A stretch of DNA of 64,000 nucleotides from Eledone cirrhosa (Eukaryota): the NCBI GenBank assembly GCA_964016885.1, contig OZ024743.1, positions 155,992,001 through 156,056,000 on the forward strand, read 5' to 3'. The translations under genes and the position numbers were made by a program. Positions 27,551 to 40,875 of the stretch are shown in pieces. Numbering within the stretch: the stretch's first letter is position 1; every line of letters starts with the position of its first letter. The notes beneath the pieces are model-generated. The model made no database searches, was not told the DNA's origin, and worked only from the letters and a program-made list of their open reading frames with translations.

Positions 27551-29035
27551 TACCTCAAAACTAAAATACTTTGTCTTAATTGCAATTATTTTGTCACTAT
27601 TGACTCACTGCTCCACTCGATGTTAGCGTCACACCCATGCCTCTTCGCCTCTAAACTCTCCGAATAGATGTTGTGCGGCAAAGCTTCTAGATGTCATGTG
27701 GTTAATCAAGGTTATTGACTTTAACGTCCTTAACACATCCAGGTTTTCAAACTCTCAGGAAGATAAATATAAAGCTGCTAATAGTTAATTATTTTCCCGG
27801 CCATGTGTATGCCTTTGACCGGCCTGAAAAAACTAAAGCATACGAAACGTAAGTATTGTTTGCTACAAACCGGGACGCCCGTTCGAACGTGTTTGTCCAT
27901 ATAACGTTCCAGTTGTACTTTATTCGAGACATGAAATACATGTCGTTCCTAAAGAAAACATACTGAAAACTACTTCCGAAATCCAGGTCTATTAATCTAC
28001 CTAAAACTTTCACAACAAAATCAAGTTCCAAAATAATGTATAGGGAGACATCAAATACGTGTATTGTATTTATTATACTGTTTTCTCCAATCTAGTCAAT
28101 ACGTCTTTAGTAGACCCTATACTCCACCACATATTCGTGTACCTACTTGTTCCAGTTATTGATCTATACCATATGTCGTCTTGTGTAACTTCGGGATCCA
28201 GATGATTCTTAGAGCATACATTATCTTCCTTCAGTTGGCAACCATTCAGTTCCTCCAATACAAGCCTGTCTTTCCAACAGCGGACCGATATTCCCCGCAT
28301 TTTTTCTAGGTTTGTAAACATAAGATTTCATAATTATGTTTTTATCTGTATATATGTGTATTAGTGTATTACTTTTATTTATATTAGGAAACGATAGTCA
28401 ACTATTGCCTGACACAACAAACATATAATATCTTTATTGTATAGCTTCTCCATCGCTATACCCGTTGATTTAGCACTGGATTCTCATCAATTATCACTGG
28501 TCAACACACAATTTGCTGACTTTTGTTGTTGTTTTTACCTCATTCTGAAGTGCTGATTTCAAATGTGGGATTCATTTCTTCCTAACACATCTTTTCATTC
28601 TATAGCACACCTTATTTTATTATGCACTGTATGAATAATATAATTTCCTTAGGATAGATTACTAAGCCGTATAGTTTGAAACCATGAATTATGATGTCAA
28701 TAGAATCCGATATGATAGAAATATAAGATGAAATCACCTTTTATTAAATATATCTTATTAATTATCGAATAACATGGATAGAGCACAACTATATTCATCG
28801 AACAACTCAGCGGCCCCAACTTACACAATAATAGGTCTCAAATTTAGGTCTTCAGAAACAAAGGCAAACTTTTCGCAACCATTGTCAGCAATATGATATA
28901 TTGTAAAATCTGGATATTTCTTATTTAGGAGATTAACTTCTCCACAGTGTTATGTGGGTTTGTGCAATTGTAAGTCTCTGGAGGATTAAATGATTCTTCA
29001 TAAGTTTAAGGATATATTGTTTTCATTTGTTTTAT

Positions 29036-29298
29036 GCCTATCAGTTTTAAAGTAGTGACTATGTCAATTAATTTTTCGGCGAAAGTAGGGAGAGAAGCTG
29101 ACAGTATGTTTCACGCTGTTTGAGGTTCATCAGAGCCACGCACTCCCCTGCTTCCGCGGAAATTTATAGAGGCTGGATTCTTATAGAATTCCAGTAATAA
29201 CCAGCAGCTGATTATTCAGAGTGATGCGTGAAATAGACTGTCATCTTCTCTCCCTTCTTTTGCCGAAAAGTGATATAATCACTATTTTATATCAGGTA
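29036..29298. mobile_element. Fold-back element with ~85 bp inverted arms, each containing an outward-facing hammerhead
   Basis: Minus 29097-29136: gct-CTGATGA-ac..gt-GAAAC-atact-GTC-agc; plus 29205-29245: degenerate CTGATTA..gcgt-GAAAT-agact-GTC. Confidence 0.75.
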
Positions 29299-29365
29299 GC
29301 GTATGGTCTTCTAAATGTTTTTTTAATTAAACATACGGTATATTGCCAAACATAACATATATACA

Positions 29366-29399
<34 letters not shown>

Positions 29400-29550
29400 T
29401 ACAATAGGGAGACACAAGGCAAGCTTTGTTTACGAACGGGTAGCAAATTGGAAAATTAGGTAGTAACATTTGCTTACGACGTATTTGACTACATAGAATT
29501 AGTCTGTTAGTTGTGATTTAAAAACAAACTCTGAATGGAAAAAAGGATTA

Positions 29551-29620
29551 GTATTGGCGTACACGAACCCACATCTTTGGTTTGCCGGACCAATGTTTTA
29601 CCATTATACCAACACGCCAC
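29551..29620 (-). pseudogene. tRNA-like sequence between ~118 bp direct repeats (29407-29524 and 29688-29805)
   Basis: D-arm-like gtataatggtaaaac, stem ttggt/accaa with 7 nt loop (GGC anticodon), T-loop-like gggttcg; T stem damaged. Confidence 0.5.
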
Positions 29621-29923
29621 CCATGCTTCCTTCTATTCAATTAAAAGCTATATAACCACAGCAGGTGTATATATATTTATATATAAAGGGAGGCACAAAG
29701 CAGGCTTTGTTTACAAACCACGAGCGAATGTGAACATTAAGTAGTAACATGTGCTTACACCGTATTTGACTACATATAATTAGTCTGTTAGTTTGCATTT
29801 TAAAAAACCCCGCAAATATACAAGTATACAAACATACTAGTATATATGTTTACAATCATATGAGTGTGCGGATGCAAACGCATGCGCGCGTGTATGAATG
29901 TGTAGGGGATTGTGTTTGTATAT

Positions 29924-30110
29924 TTAATTGTTTCTACTTTAGGCACAAGGCCAGCAATTACCCAGTGCATTACTGGTACTTTATTTTATCGACCCCGTAA
30001 GGATGAAAGGCAAAGTCAACCTCAGCGGGATTTGAACTCAGATCGTAAAGGGACGTAACTATGCTGGAAAGCATGGCGTCCGACCCTCTACCGATACTGC
30101 CAAACCACCG
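29924..30110 (-). mobile_element. tRNA-derived SINE, full unit
   Basis: Same ~190 bp consensus as the arrays at 57.8 and 63.1 kb. Confidence 0.85.
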
Positions 30111-30245
30111 TGTTTGTATATTTAATGAAATATAGACAGTGTTCGTATGTTTATGTGCCTACCGCATGTCATCAAGCGTGATCGATATTAAGTGTGTATA
30201 TCTTTCGCAATCACCATTTATCTGATACCTGTATAATGTGTTGTG

Positions 30246-32900
30246 CTAATCAAGACAATAAAAGAAACTTGACCTACGCACGTTTTTTATCACTGTATAT
30301 CGATTTCTGAGCATTGGCTCCCTACTGTTGGTCACGTATTTGTGCAGGTTGGTTTTCTCCATCTGAACACAGTCATCTATGCTGATTAGGCCTCTTCCAC
30401 CTTCAGATATCTGTACGTAGACATCACTCCTCTTGTGGAACATGTTGTAGATAGTCAATAGCTTCCTAGTCTTCCTATCCATTTCTTTTTGTTCAGCAAC
30501 ATTCCATTTCAGAATTCGCGCACTGTACCTAATAATAGACACAGCTCGGGAATTCACTGCACTTATGACATTCCTACTATTTAGACGTGATTTTAATACG
30601 CTCCTTACTATGCTAATATACTCAGAACTTATCAATTCCTTCATTTTTATGTTTTTGATGTCATCTGCCTCCAGAACACATAAATATGTGTATCCTTTTC
30701 AGTGTCAATATCCTTTATCATCTAACCTGTTGGTACCAGGATTCCGTTGCTCTGCTCAATTTACCCACCTTCATCACTAGGACTCCACACTTATTTATAC
30801 CAAATTGCATACATATATCACTGCTGCAAATACGTAGTGTCAACATGTACATCCAACTCCTTCTCACTCTTCCCAAAGAGTTTAAGATCGTCCATAAAGT
30901 GGAGGTAGTTGATGGTAAGCTCTCCTTTTCCCAACTTGTATCCTGCTCTCACTTTTCGCAGTATAATCGCACGGGCATCAGGGCAACGCCAAACAACAGA
31001 GGGGACAGATTATCTCCCTGGAAGATACCTCTCTTGATCTTCACGCCTCCCAAGGATTCTCCACCCGATATTAATTCTGTTTCCCAGAACTTCATACTTT
31101 TGCTCAACATCTGTCTGATGTTATCTGCCAACTTGACAATCTCTAGGCTTTTGGTTATCCAATAATGAGGTCGAATGACTTTTTGTAGTCTATCCATCCC
31201 ATGGCAAGACCAGTGTGTCTCTTCTTGCAATTCCTCATTACCATCTTATCAATATGTAGCTGGTCTTTTGTACCACGAGACTTCTTTCGGCATCCTTTCT
31301 GTTCGTCCGATAACAAGTTGTTTGTGTGGAGGTGATGGTAGATTTTCTCAGACACGATGCTTGTCAACAGATTCCACATTACGGATAGACATGTGATAGG
31401 TCTATAGTTGGTAACATCATTACCCTTGATTTGATCTTTCATTACAAGGACTGTGGTACCTTTTTTAAACCACACTCGTACCTCACGCGACATCAAGCAG
31501 TCATTGAACATGGTTGTCAGTTTCGGGTAGAGGGATGCGATCTTTTTTAATCCAATACCCCTGAACAACATCTGGGCCTGCTGATTTCCAGTTGGTTAGT
31601 TTGTTGGCCTGCCCTTTAAGAGTTCCAATTGTGATACTTAAATCAGTTTGTTGGTGTGCTTGTTCACTAATCTCCTTTTGTACTGTCTTAATCCACACTG
31701 CCTGATAATTATGTTCAGCATCCTTCTCTCATATTCCTCTCCAGTATGTCTTAGTTTGTTCCGCCTCAGGGATCAAGTGATTGCCTCTTCCCTTCCCTTC
31801 AAGCTGTCCAAACAGCATCTTCTGGTTGTTGTCAAACATGCGGTTCTGTCTATACTGAGTGACTCCGCTCTCATACCGCCTAATCTTTTCACTCTTGGCT
31901 ATAATGCGTTGCTGCAGTTCCTCTATGATAATATTTAGCTTTTTTCTCCTAGTTTTGTACTTTATTTCCAGTCTATTTTTAGTGCCTATGTTTTTAGTGC
32001 CCCATTCAGTAGGGACTCAAGCTTTCCAATGTCATATCTCATTTCCCTGATTGGACCATTCAGTCGTTTCTTCCACCAAGTTTCTGAACTTTCTTGTTTG
32101 TTGTTTCCTCTCGTTTTTATGCCAAGTAATTTCTTCACCGCATTTGCTGTTGCTTTGAGGATATTGTTGCATTGGTGAAGGTTCCTCGCCTCAAGGTATG
32201 GGATGATTTTGTTTACCTTAGGTTTTGATTCTTTTAACTTTTTCCTGTCTATAAATCTTAGGTTCATAGGTTTCCCTCTATCATTGTTCATTTCATCTAC
32301 CACTAAGTTTAGGATATCAACAAATCTTGTCCTAGCCCGTCAGCATTCATCTCCTCAATGGCCGTATCTTTATTCCAGGTATTATTTATTTCAGCATTCA
32401 GATCATTGTCTGCTTCGGATGGTTCCTCCGTTCTATCAACCTCTTCAACTTCATTTCGCACTGGCGCATTTGCCTGGCATACTCCACTCTCCATGTTCAA
32501 CCTAATCTCTCTGCTCAGTTCCGACAGTTCTAGCATTAGTTCTTATTACCCGAGCCTGCCCGGCCAATTTTTGTTCATCTAAATTAAATAGACCAATCTC
32601 GTTCCATATGTTATGCATCCGTTTCCTATAGCCTTTTTCCTTGGGGTTACTCTTCAGGTAACATTGCATAACAGTTCTATTCAATTTTTTCGTCCAGTTA
32701 GATCTCTCCCTTTCCTTCTTCTTCCTCCGACACCAGCAGTATTTGATTGGCAGCCAGGTCACTGCTGCTGAGCCAGGGAGCACCGGTTGGGTGAGAGTCT
32801 GTCACATGACATTCCAGTCTCCACCTCACCGTTATTCGAACTGTCTAGGTTCGACATTGAAACATTCTTATCGAGGATTGGTGAATGTATGGTCACATAA
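30246..32900 (-). mobile_element. R4/Dong-clade LINE: 5' region through RT, 3' truncated, decayed
   Basis: CYLKS.P..KGYRKRM..IW; WKSAGPD; NYRPITCL..EQKGC..GTKDQL.ID; WIDYKK; RGIFQGDNLSPLLF; NSRAVSIIRYS..GGRGL. Confidence 0.9.
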
Positions 32901-33226
32901 CCACCTGTGATTTCATTATCTCCGGTGATTTGATCACCCTCGGTGATTTTAGCGTGGCACTATCACGCTGTAGACGAACATAAATAAACAAACAAACAAA
33001 TAAATAAAAACAAACCAAAATAAGCATAAGTTTCATTGTAATGTCTGTTTGAATGTTTATTAGTTTGTTTTTCTTTTCTTTTTTTCTTTTCTTTACGTCT
33101 TTCGTTGCTGCTGTGCTGTTTTGATTTTGATTTTTGATTTTTTGATTTTTTGACCGGGTCATCAAATCAGTCTAATTATATATTTTGATGCCTTCCTCAT
33201 TTAGTGGGAATACCATGATGCCTGTC

Positions 33227-33377
33227 TTAGCAGGAGGTAGTGGGAGAGAATAGCGGCGCTAGCTATAATGAGGCAGTGGTGGTGATGTGCTAGTAGTACT
33301 TAACAGGAGGTAGTGGGAGAGAATAGCGGCGGTAGCGATAATGAGGCAGTGGTGGTGGTGATGTGATCGTAGTACTG
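33227..33377. repeat. ~73 bp direct tandem duplication
   Basis: caggaggtagtgggagagaatagcggcg..gaggcagtggtggtg occurs twice. Confidence 0.85.
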
Positions 33378-33724
33378 TAGTGATGGTGTTGAAGTTGAAG
33401 TAGAAATAGAAGTTGAGGGGACTTGACTAGAGTTTTTGGCGTGGTAGTGGTGATGGTGGCGGTAGTGGTGTTGGTGGTGAAATTATTTGCCTGTCTGTCT
33501 ACTTAGCCATTTTTCTCTTTTTCGACTATAACATTTCTGATCCAAAATTAAATATTAAATATTGGGGCCCTATGTCGTAATGTGATGCGTTGTCGCCTGC
33601 TGAAGGTTAAAACTGTAATCTTATAGTTCATTTGTAATAAGAATTATTCTATGACAGTTGTTTTAAATAAGTAAAAATCAAAAAGTTACGGGAGCGATTC
33701 CGTAACGATGTGCGTTTTCCTCCC

Positions 33725-33765
<41 letters not shown>

Positions 33766-34359
33766 TGTTAAAATATGAAGACGTTCACTTATGAGCTCGC
33801 AAAAATGGTGTTTTTCATTTGAAAGTGTATTATTGTTTTACAGTTAAAGGAGCTATTTTCCATTTGATTTGGTTTTTTATTCCATATTTCTCTTTCATGG
33901 ATATGTTGATGATAGTATGGCATATACGCCTCTCTAATTTTGAAAAAAATAACAAAAACAGGGATGGCGGAAACGAAAATTACATCGGGAGAAAGTGACA
34001 GTAGTATGTTTAATTAATAGAACAGCCAGTCCTCAATCATCAGCTCTGATAGACATTTAAAATCAAGAATACCAACTGCAGCGAATCACGATATTTTGTT
34101 TCCACCTCAACCAACAACAACAACAACAACAACAACAAAATGTATAAAACCAACACAAATATGAACACTACCATCATCAACGGCGTTGCCACTGCCAAAC
34201 GAAGCAACACAAGTATCAGCGGCAGGTGCAACAACGTCAACCACAGCAACAACAAAAAACAACAACAATAACCCAAAATTATCCCGTGCTACAGATGAAT
34301 TACAATTCCCGCAATTGTCAATGACATTTACCAACGTGAGCGCCACCGTCCCCACAACA

Positions 34360-34548
34360 ATAATTGTTTCTAGTTTTGGCACAAGGCCAGCAATTACGCA
34401 GTGCATTATTTGTACTTTATTTTATCAAACTCGTAAGGATGAAAGGCAACGTTATCCACGGCGGGATTTGAACTAATATTGGAAAGGGCCGTAACTCTGT
34501 GCATCAAATCATGGCGTCCGACCCTCTACCGATACAGTCAATCCACCA
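34360..34548 (-). mobile_element. tRNA-derived SINE unit
   Basis: Same consensus, reverse orientation. Confidence 0.8.
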
Positions 34549-35539
34549 CAACAATAATGTCGACAATCACGTCCAGAACTACTGACACCACCACAACCAC
34601 CGGCACTGCAGCAACCGAAAGAAAAAAACAATAAGAGTAACAATAACAACAGCAACGACATCGCAATACCAATCGACTCTTTTGTCAGAGTGCCAAACTA
34701 GAATGAAACTCTTGCAGTGACCGAAGATAAATGAATAAAGCCAGGCGAATGAAAAAACAGAATGGATACAACAACAGCCTCACTCCTCCATAAAGCAAGA
34801 TGGAACACTGGCGAATATTTACAATATCATACCGTACAATTAACACAAAGACACTGCGAGTGGAGTGGGCATCCGACTCCTACATCCAAAACGCTTTGGC
34901 ACAGGTGTGGGTAGAAAAGAGAGCACCATTTTCCTTCCCACTTAAAAACAGAGGGGAACAAATAAGCAAAGAGATAAAACTGTCAAGACATTGACGCCAC
35001 CACCAGCACCCACACAATCTCCCCAGCCCAATCGCCACAAACACTAACATTATCATTATCGTCAAACACAAAAACACCCCCACCAACACCATGTCAAATA
35101 AAATCAAATCCGTCGGAAATTCTTCGTCTTTGTTTCATCCGGGTCTATCAGTCACGTGCAAGAACTGCTACGTAGTAACTGTGGGGGCAAGCGGTCAAGA
35201 TAGCAACTGACCGAAAATTCTCCTGGGAATTCGGTCAGGCATGACAGGTACATCTAGCTCACCAGTTTATTCGTGTGTACGTGGATACGATACACACAGA
35301 CACATATCTATATGTATTTCAACGCGAAAAAAATTCAGTTGATGCCCATATTGATATTATATCTGATATTCCTAGATCTCTGTTGTTCCGAAGCCGATGT
35401 TGTGATGTTTTGGTCGTGTTTACCAGCACTGTGTTTTGCCATGACCTTGGAGTGTGGTGTTTTGGTCATCAATATTCCGGCAAGCGCATTCTTCTCTTAT
35501 ATTGTGGAAAGTGATGTTCTGGTATTCAGTATACATTTG

Positions 35540-35988
35540 GGTCAGCAGGAGGGGAGGTGGTTCTCACTTTCCACTGCGACAATACATACATGTTATTCTA
35601 CATATCGTGCCCCTCTCAAAGAAGAATATTATAGGAGGAATTCATGCTAAACACCACATATAGAGAAGACTTCTACAGAAAAAAATCCTCTCTCCAAGAG
35701 TTCTCTCCATATAGCCTTTCGGAGACACATACTCTCTTTACTCTTTGTTCTTGAATGTTTGTTTGGTAGAGTCCATAACACTAATCAAACCCCTTTTATA
35801 GCTCTGAAGAATCCTACGGTTACGTAAAGAATAAACATTGTAAGCCAATAACAAATGTTTGATGTTGTGGACGTTCCTGTGTTCTCTATCATATATACGG
35901 CTCTGCTCCAAAGCATTGAGCTAATTATTATACTGCCAATACTTTAATGGGACACGGGTATACAATACATAACTCCTATTAACCTAAG

Positions 35989-35990
<2 letters not shown>
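35540..35990 (+). mobile_element. Decayed PLE 3' end with degenerate HHR at 35801-35845
   Basis: FHCDN..YISCP..IG EN-like remnant; gct-CTGAAGA..TAAAC-att-GTA-agc; downstream motif shared with 4456-4495. Confidence 0.55.
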
Positions 35991-36055
<65 letters not shown>

Positions 36056-36432
36056 GTTTACATATACATAAAGTTATAGATATATATGCTGCAACCGGTC
36101 ACTTTTTGGCTCTATGAAGAATTAATAAATTAAATAATCAGAGCAATATATCATAAATCTTGTTCTTAGAATTATTAGATACAATATATAACATTTCCTC
36201 TCCCAATTAGCATAATTAACCATATACAAAATCAATTAGACCAAGCTATAAGAAGAAAGGCTCTTATGAAGTAATCTCCGACAAATAACCGAAAGTGGCC
36301 TCTTCGCGGTGGCCCCAATAGAGTATTTATCCAACATTTCGACAGCATGTAGAAACTGACTAAATATACCATCAACCATACACAATTAGGTGTAAAATTA
36401 AACTTAGAATAAATGTGTACATACCGTAATTA

Positions 36433-36511
36433 TATCTCTACCATGGTTTCATCCGTGCTTTTCGACATCCAATTAATATGAATGTCTTGAGTTAGGATTC
36501 ATCAGGAGACA
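36433..36511 (-). ncRNA. Intact type I hammerhead ribozyme with extended helix II
   Basis: tgtctc-CTGATGA-atcc..ggat-GAA-accatggt-A-gagata; all core nucleotides canonical; predicted GUA cleavage between 36439 and 36438. Confidence 0.85.
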
Positions 36512-36745
36512 AACTCAAAATCAGACATTTAGTTTTCCAACGTGATCGCGCCAAAATTAGATTCAAAAATGACTAAGAATCGCAATGTGGCTGTGGTCAA
36601 GCTAGATTGCGATTCCTAGCCATTATATATATTATTATATATATATATTTATATTATTATATATATATTTATATATATTATTACTATATATATTTATATT
36701 ATTATTATTTATTGCTATATATATATTTTTTTTTGCTGAATCTTG

Positions 36746-36855
<110 letters not shown>

Positions 36856-36942
36856 CAAAAGGGATATTTAGTTTGTTGGTAATTCAACAAATATATATAT
36901 TTATAACTGATTCGAACCACTCGATAGTTTGCTTGGGTATAA

Positions 36943-37972
36943 TATGAAAGATAATAAATAAATGGAAACTATATTTATTAAAACCCTATTTATTCTATAA
37001 TATATATTTCAAGTGTACCAACACTTTGGGACGCACTTATTAGGTAAAACAAAAAAAGTTTGTTTTATAAATATTGACATATCCAGGAAGAATATCTTAA
37101 CGGGTCAAGTTTTTCCTGGATAGTAAAGGAAAGAAGGGAAAGAGAAGAAGAGTCAAATATTTCAAATTATTAAGATCAGTATGCAAATGAGATCGAGGTA
37201 GGTATAGGGCTGAAAAAAAAACATTAGTTTTAGACGGTAGGTAGATTTAAATAATTATTAGGATATATATGTATGTGCAGGAAGAAGAAAGAGAAAGAAA
37301 GAAAAGCTTGTATTTATGTGAATTTAAAAAGAAATAACAGTTTGTAGGAACCGTGGAATATGATTCTAGAGGTTAAAACATTATTTGGCTATATTATGAG
37401 TTTTAATATTATATATATAATCAATTAGATTAAATGAAGAATTATAGTTATAAGTACAGTTTATCTTATTACATTGCAACACGTTGAAAGTATATACATA
37501 TCTATTATTAATAATTGTGCAAGTATAAGTATTATTGGGGATTTTATAGAAATAAACCACCCGTATTGATTGTTTACATTTGTGCCTAAAGTAGAAACAA
37601 TTAATTGTTTACATTTGTAAATCATTTTTTCACCTTTTTAGGGCTTTTCGGAGGCGTTACGTCTCGACGATTTTCCCGAAATTTTAAGGCATATCATGCA
37701 CATAAAAAACAATTATTTTCTTGATCCCCTAGAGCCGCATTAGGTGAAAACCTGCATTTTTGCTGCTTCATCGAGGAAAATATTAAAGATTATCCAGCCA
37801 TCAGAGTATTCGGGTTATTTTCTATACACTTTGACAGGCATGCAGTTTTTCCACGATTGGGTCTATTGTCGGCCCGCGTTCCAACATACCTTATCCTGTG
37901 CAACGCCGGGTACCACTGGTAGTAATAAAATGAATATGGTTTTATAAATATAGTTTCCATTTATTTAATATC

Positions 37973-37980
<8 letters not shown>
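36943..37980. mobile_element. Longer, decayed member of the 42.1 kb inverted-end HHR family, interrupted by a Helitron
   Basis: 36943-37086 matches the arms of 42117-42416; the distal end of the right arm is at 37923-37980. Confidence 0.65.
37501..37922 (+). mobile_element. Short non-autonomous Helitron
   Basis: Starts A|TCTATTATTAATAA and ends with hairpin cctgtgcaacgccggg plus taccactgGTAG|T (CTAG variant). Confidence 0.65.
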
Positions 37981-38041
<61 letters not shown>

Positions 38042-38409
38042 GCTAGACCCTCTTCGTCTGTCAAATACGTTGTATATGTATACACACACATGTATTTATG
38101 CGTACATATATTGATGTATAAACATACACAAAATACATACGCACACCTTCATTTCTTATAGCATTTTAAGAGGGTCCGTGGGAGCCGCCGATTATTAAGT
38201 CGGATAGGATCGATACAGATCGAACCTTCAGCTGATCAGTGGCAAAACGCGCGTCACCTATCAATAAATGCAATGAAGGAGTAGTCAATCGTTCTTGTTA
38301 TCCTTTCAATATATTACAGTCTGTATAGCTCTACACCTCATCACAGAAGTGAACCTAAACATCGAGTTCGCTCCCGGGTGAACCTGCAGTAACTCCCAGT
38401 TACACCCTT

Positions 38410-38455
<46 letters not shown>

Positions 38456-38559
38456 GTAAAAATAAATGTGAAGATCCCGTTAAGTGTGAAAGCAGCGATT
38501 CTTTAGTTAAACATTAAGCTGTTATTTTAATATACATACATATATATATATATATATAT

Positions 38560-39529
38560 GAAACCCATGGGGAGAAGAATATTGCATGGTTGTACATGGA
38601 TTACATATTATAAAATGAGTCCCTCATCAGTGATTTGCCAACCATCATTGGTATTTCATCGCATTAAAAATCAGATACCTCAGGTCAGTGCGAGCAATAA
38701 CTAAAATAAGCTATTGGGACAAGTGAAACGCGTAAAGCGAGTGAGACAAGTAAACGACAGAAGGAAAAGCAAACCGAAATTTGGGAAAACACCAAGCAAT
38801 CACGATAGTTATCCGATCAGCATAAGCTGGGCGAATTTCATGAGCGGTCATTGAAGCAGACCGTACGCCGTGAATGAGGTGTGAGAAAGAAGGAACCCCA
38901 CTACTAGCGAACGGAAGGAAGTGAGAAGGGGATAAACAGAGAGTGAGTGAATGGAAGTGCGAGGAAGAGGTCAGTCGAGATAAAGTGTTAACTGACAGAG
39001 GGGACGAAAGAAGGTAAGAGAAACAGAGAGAACGGGGGAGCAGTAAGAGAGAAAGAGAGAAACAGATAATCGCAGTTTAGGTAAATTTATATCTAAAACA
39101 TGGGAAGAAGAATACTACATGGTTGCACATGGATTATATATTATAAAATTAGTCCCTCATCAGTGATTTGCCAACCATCATTGGTATTTCATCGCATTAA
39201 CAATCAGATACCTATGATTGGTGCTAGCAATAACTAAAATATATATATATATAGAAGTGGTTACACAACAGTTAGTTCACCATACCGAGAACAATTGTTT
39301 CACCTTCGCAGATCTTCAGCTCGGGATGTGTATGGTTATGGGAACAGGAGGGAGAACCGTACGAACGCGCATGCGCAGAAACTCGGTCACTTCACACAGG
39401 CAATACTAGACTGCGTGCGGGATGTGTAAGTGAGATAACTGCGAAAGTCCGGAAAGTTTTTTGGTTGAAAATAAAATAAAAATCTTAAATATAAAATTAC
39501 AAGGAATCAGTCCGGCCCTTGTAGTTATG

Positions 39530-39575
<46 letters not shown>

Positions 39576-39935
39576 ATACTTTGGGAAGGTGAAACAATTG
39601 TTCTCGGTATGGTGAACTAACTGTTGTGTAACCACTTCTATATTTATATATATTTTAGTTATTGCTCGCACCAACCAGAGGTATCTGATTTTTAATGCGA
39701 TGAAATACCAATGATGGTTGGCAAATCACTGATGAGGGACTAATTTTATAATATCTAACCCATGTGCAACCATGTAGTATTCTTCTTCCCATGTTTTAGA
39801 TATATATTTACCTAAACTGCGATTATCTGTTTCTCTCTTTCTCTCTTACTGCTCCCCGGTTCTCTCTGTTTCTCTCACCTTCTTTCGTCCCCTCTGTCAG
39901 TTAACACTTTCTCTCGACTGACCTCTTCCTCGCAG
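38560..39935. repeat. Cluster of TA-embedded PLE-type ends: ~350 bp inverted repeat (38958-39307 / 39580-39935) plus a direct partial copy (38560-38708)
   Basis: Near-identical reverse-complement match; 39572 begins tgttatactttgggaagg, like the Naiad termini at 4658 and 20019. Confidence 0.85.
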
Positions 39936-39936
39936 T

Positions 39937-39973
<37 letters not shown>

Positions 39974-39979
39974 ATATAT

Positions 39980-40826
39980 ATGGGAACCCCGCAAACCGCC
40001 TTAAGGCCGAACAACACACCATCTTCAACCTGCAGACCCAACCACCCACGCCTTGAACACGCCACCCCTCTTCATTTAGCCTTCGACCGTTCCCCTCCCT
40101 TTCCCTACACACAACCCCTACTAACACCACTAAAACACTCCCAAGATTCACCGTCCCTTCCACTTGCAGCCACGACACCCCCTTGGTCCACCCCACAACT
40201 AATAATGCTAACAAGCCCAACCCATCCCACTATCACACGAGCAGCCACACCCTCTACACGCACACTAACTCATACATGTACATATATACACTGACTTAGA
40301 CTATTCACCCACCATACTACCACCACTAAAAATACTAAAGAACCCCAACCCACCTTCGCCGTCACCACACACACACGAACACACACCAGCATACATACGC
40401 TCACCCACACCCACGTAGACACATATACACACCGTCATCACACCCGCACTATCATCAATAACCGCCACCCATACATCCTCTTCAACCCACACCACCTTAT
40501 TACCACTAATAATACTAACACCCACCCTACCACAGACACACTCACTTACCCAAACACGCACAGACACACACACACCAGTATATTACACTCACTCATACCG
40601 TGTCCAGCACCATCTTTCTCTCTCCCCATACTACCAACATACCCCACACACACATCCTACAAACATATCCACTAATATACACACAACCACCCCACAAACA
40701 GACACCGTCACCTTCACCGTCAACTGTTCACACCTCGACACACACCTCTACACATTCCACACACACATACAGACCATCCCTACCCATCACCACACGCATC
40801 TTTGTCATCCTCTTAACTGCTCTCCA

Positions 40827-40875
<49 letters not shown>

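Noticed and set aside
28073-28321. 82 aa minus-strand ORF as a host exon
   Set aside because: No recognisable family and no convincing splice pair.
33685-33730. Hairpin gttacgg/ccgtaac before (TTA)n as a Helentron end or terminator
   Set aside because: No matching opposite terminus found; bacterial-type terminators are irrelevant in this eukaryotic context.
38165-38740. HHR-like tails aaacgcgcgtca (38245) and gaaacgcgta (38725)
   Set aside because: The CUGANGA half could not be identified; too degenerate to count.
39695-39742. GAAA..CTGATGA as a type II hammerhead, SECIS or C/D box
   Set aside because: Helices II and III do not pair, and the spacing is wrong for SECIS or a snoRNA.
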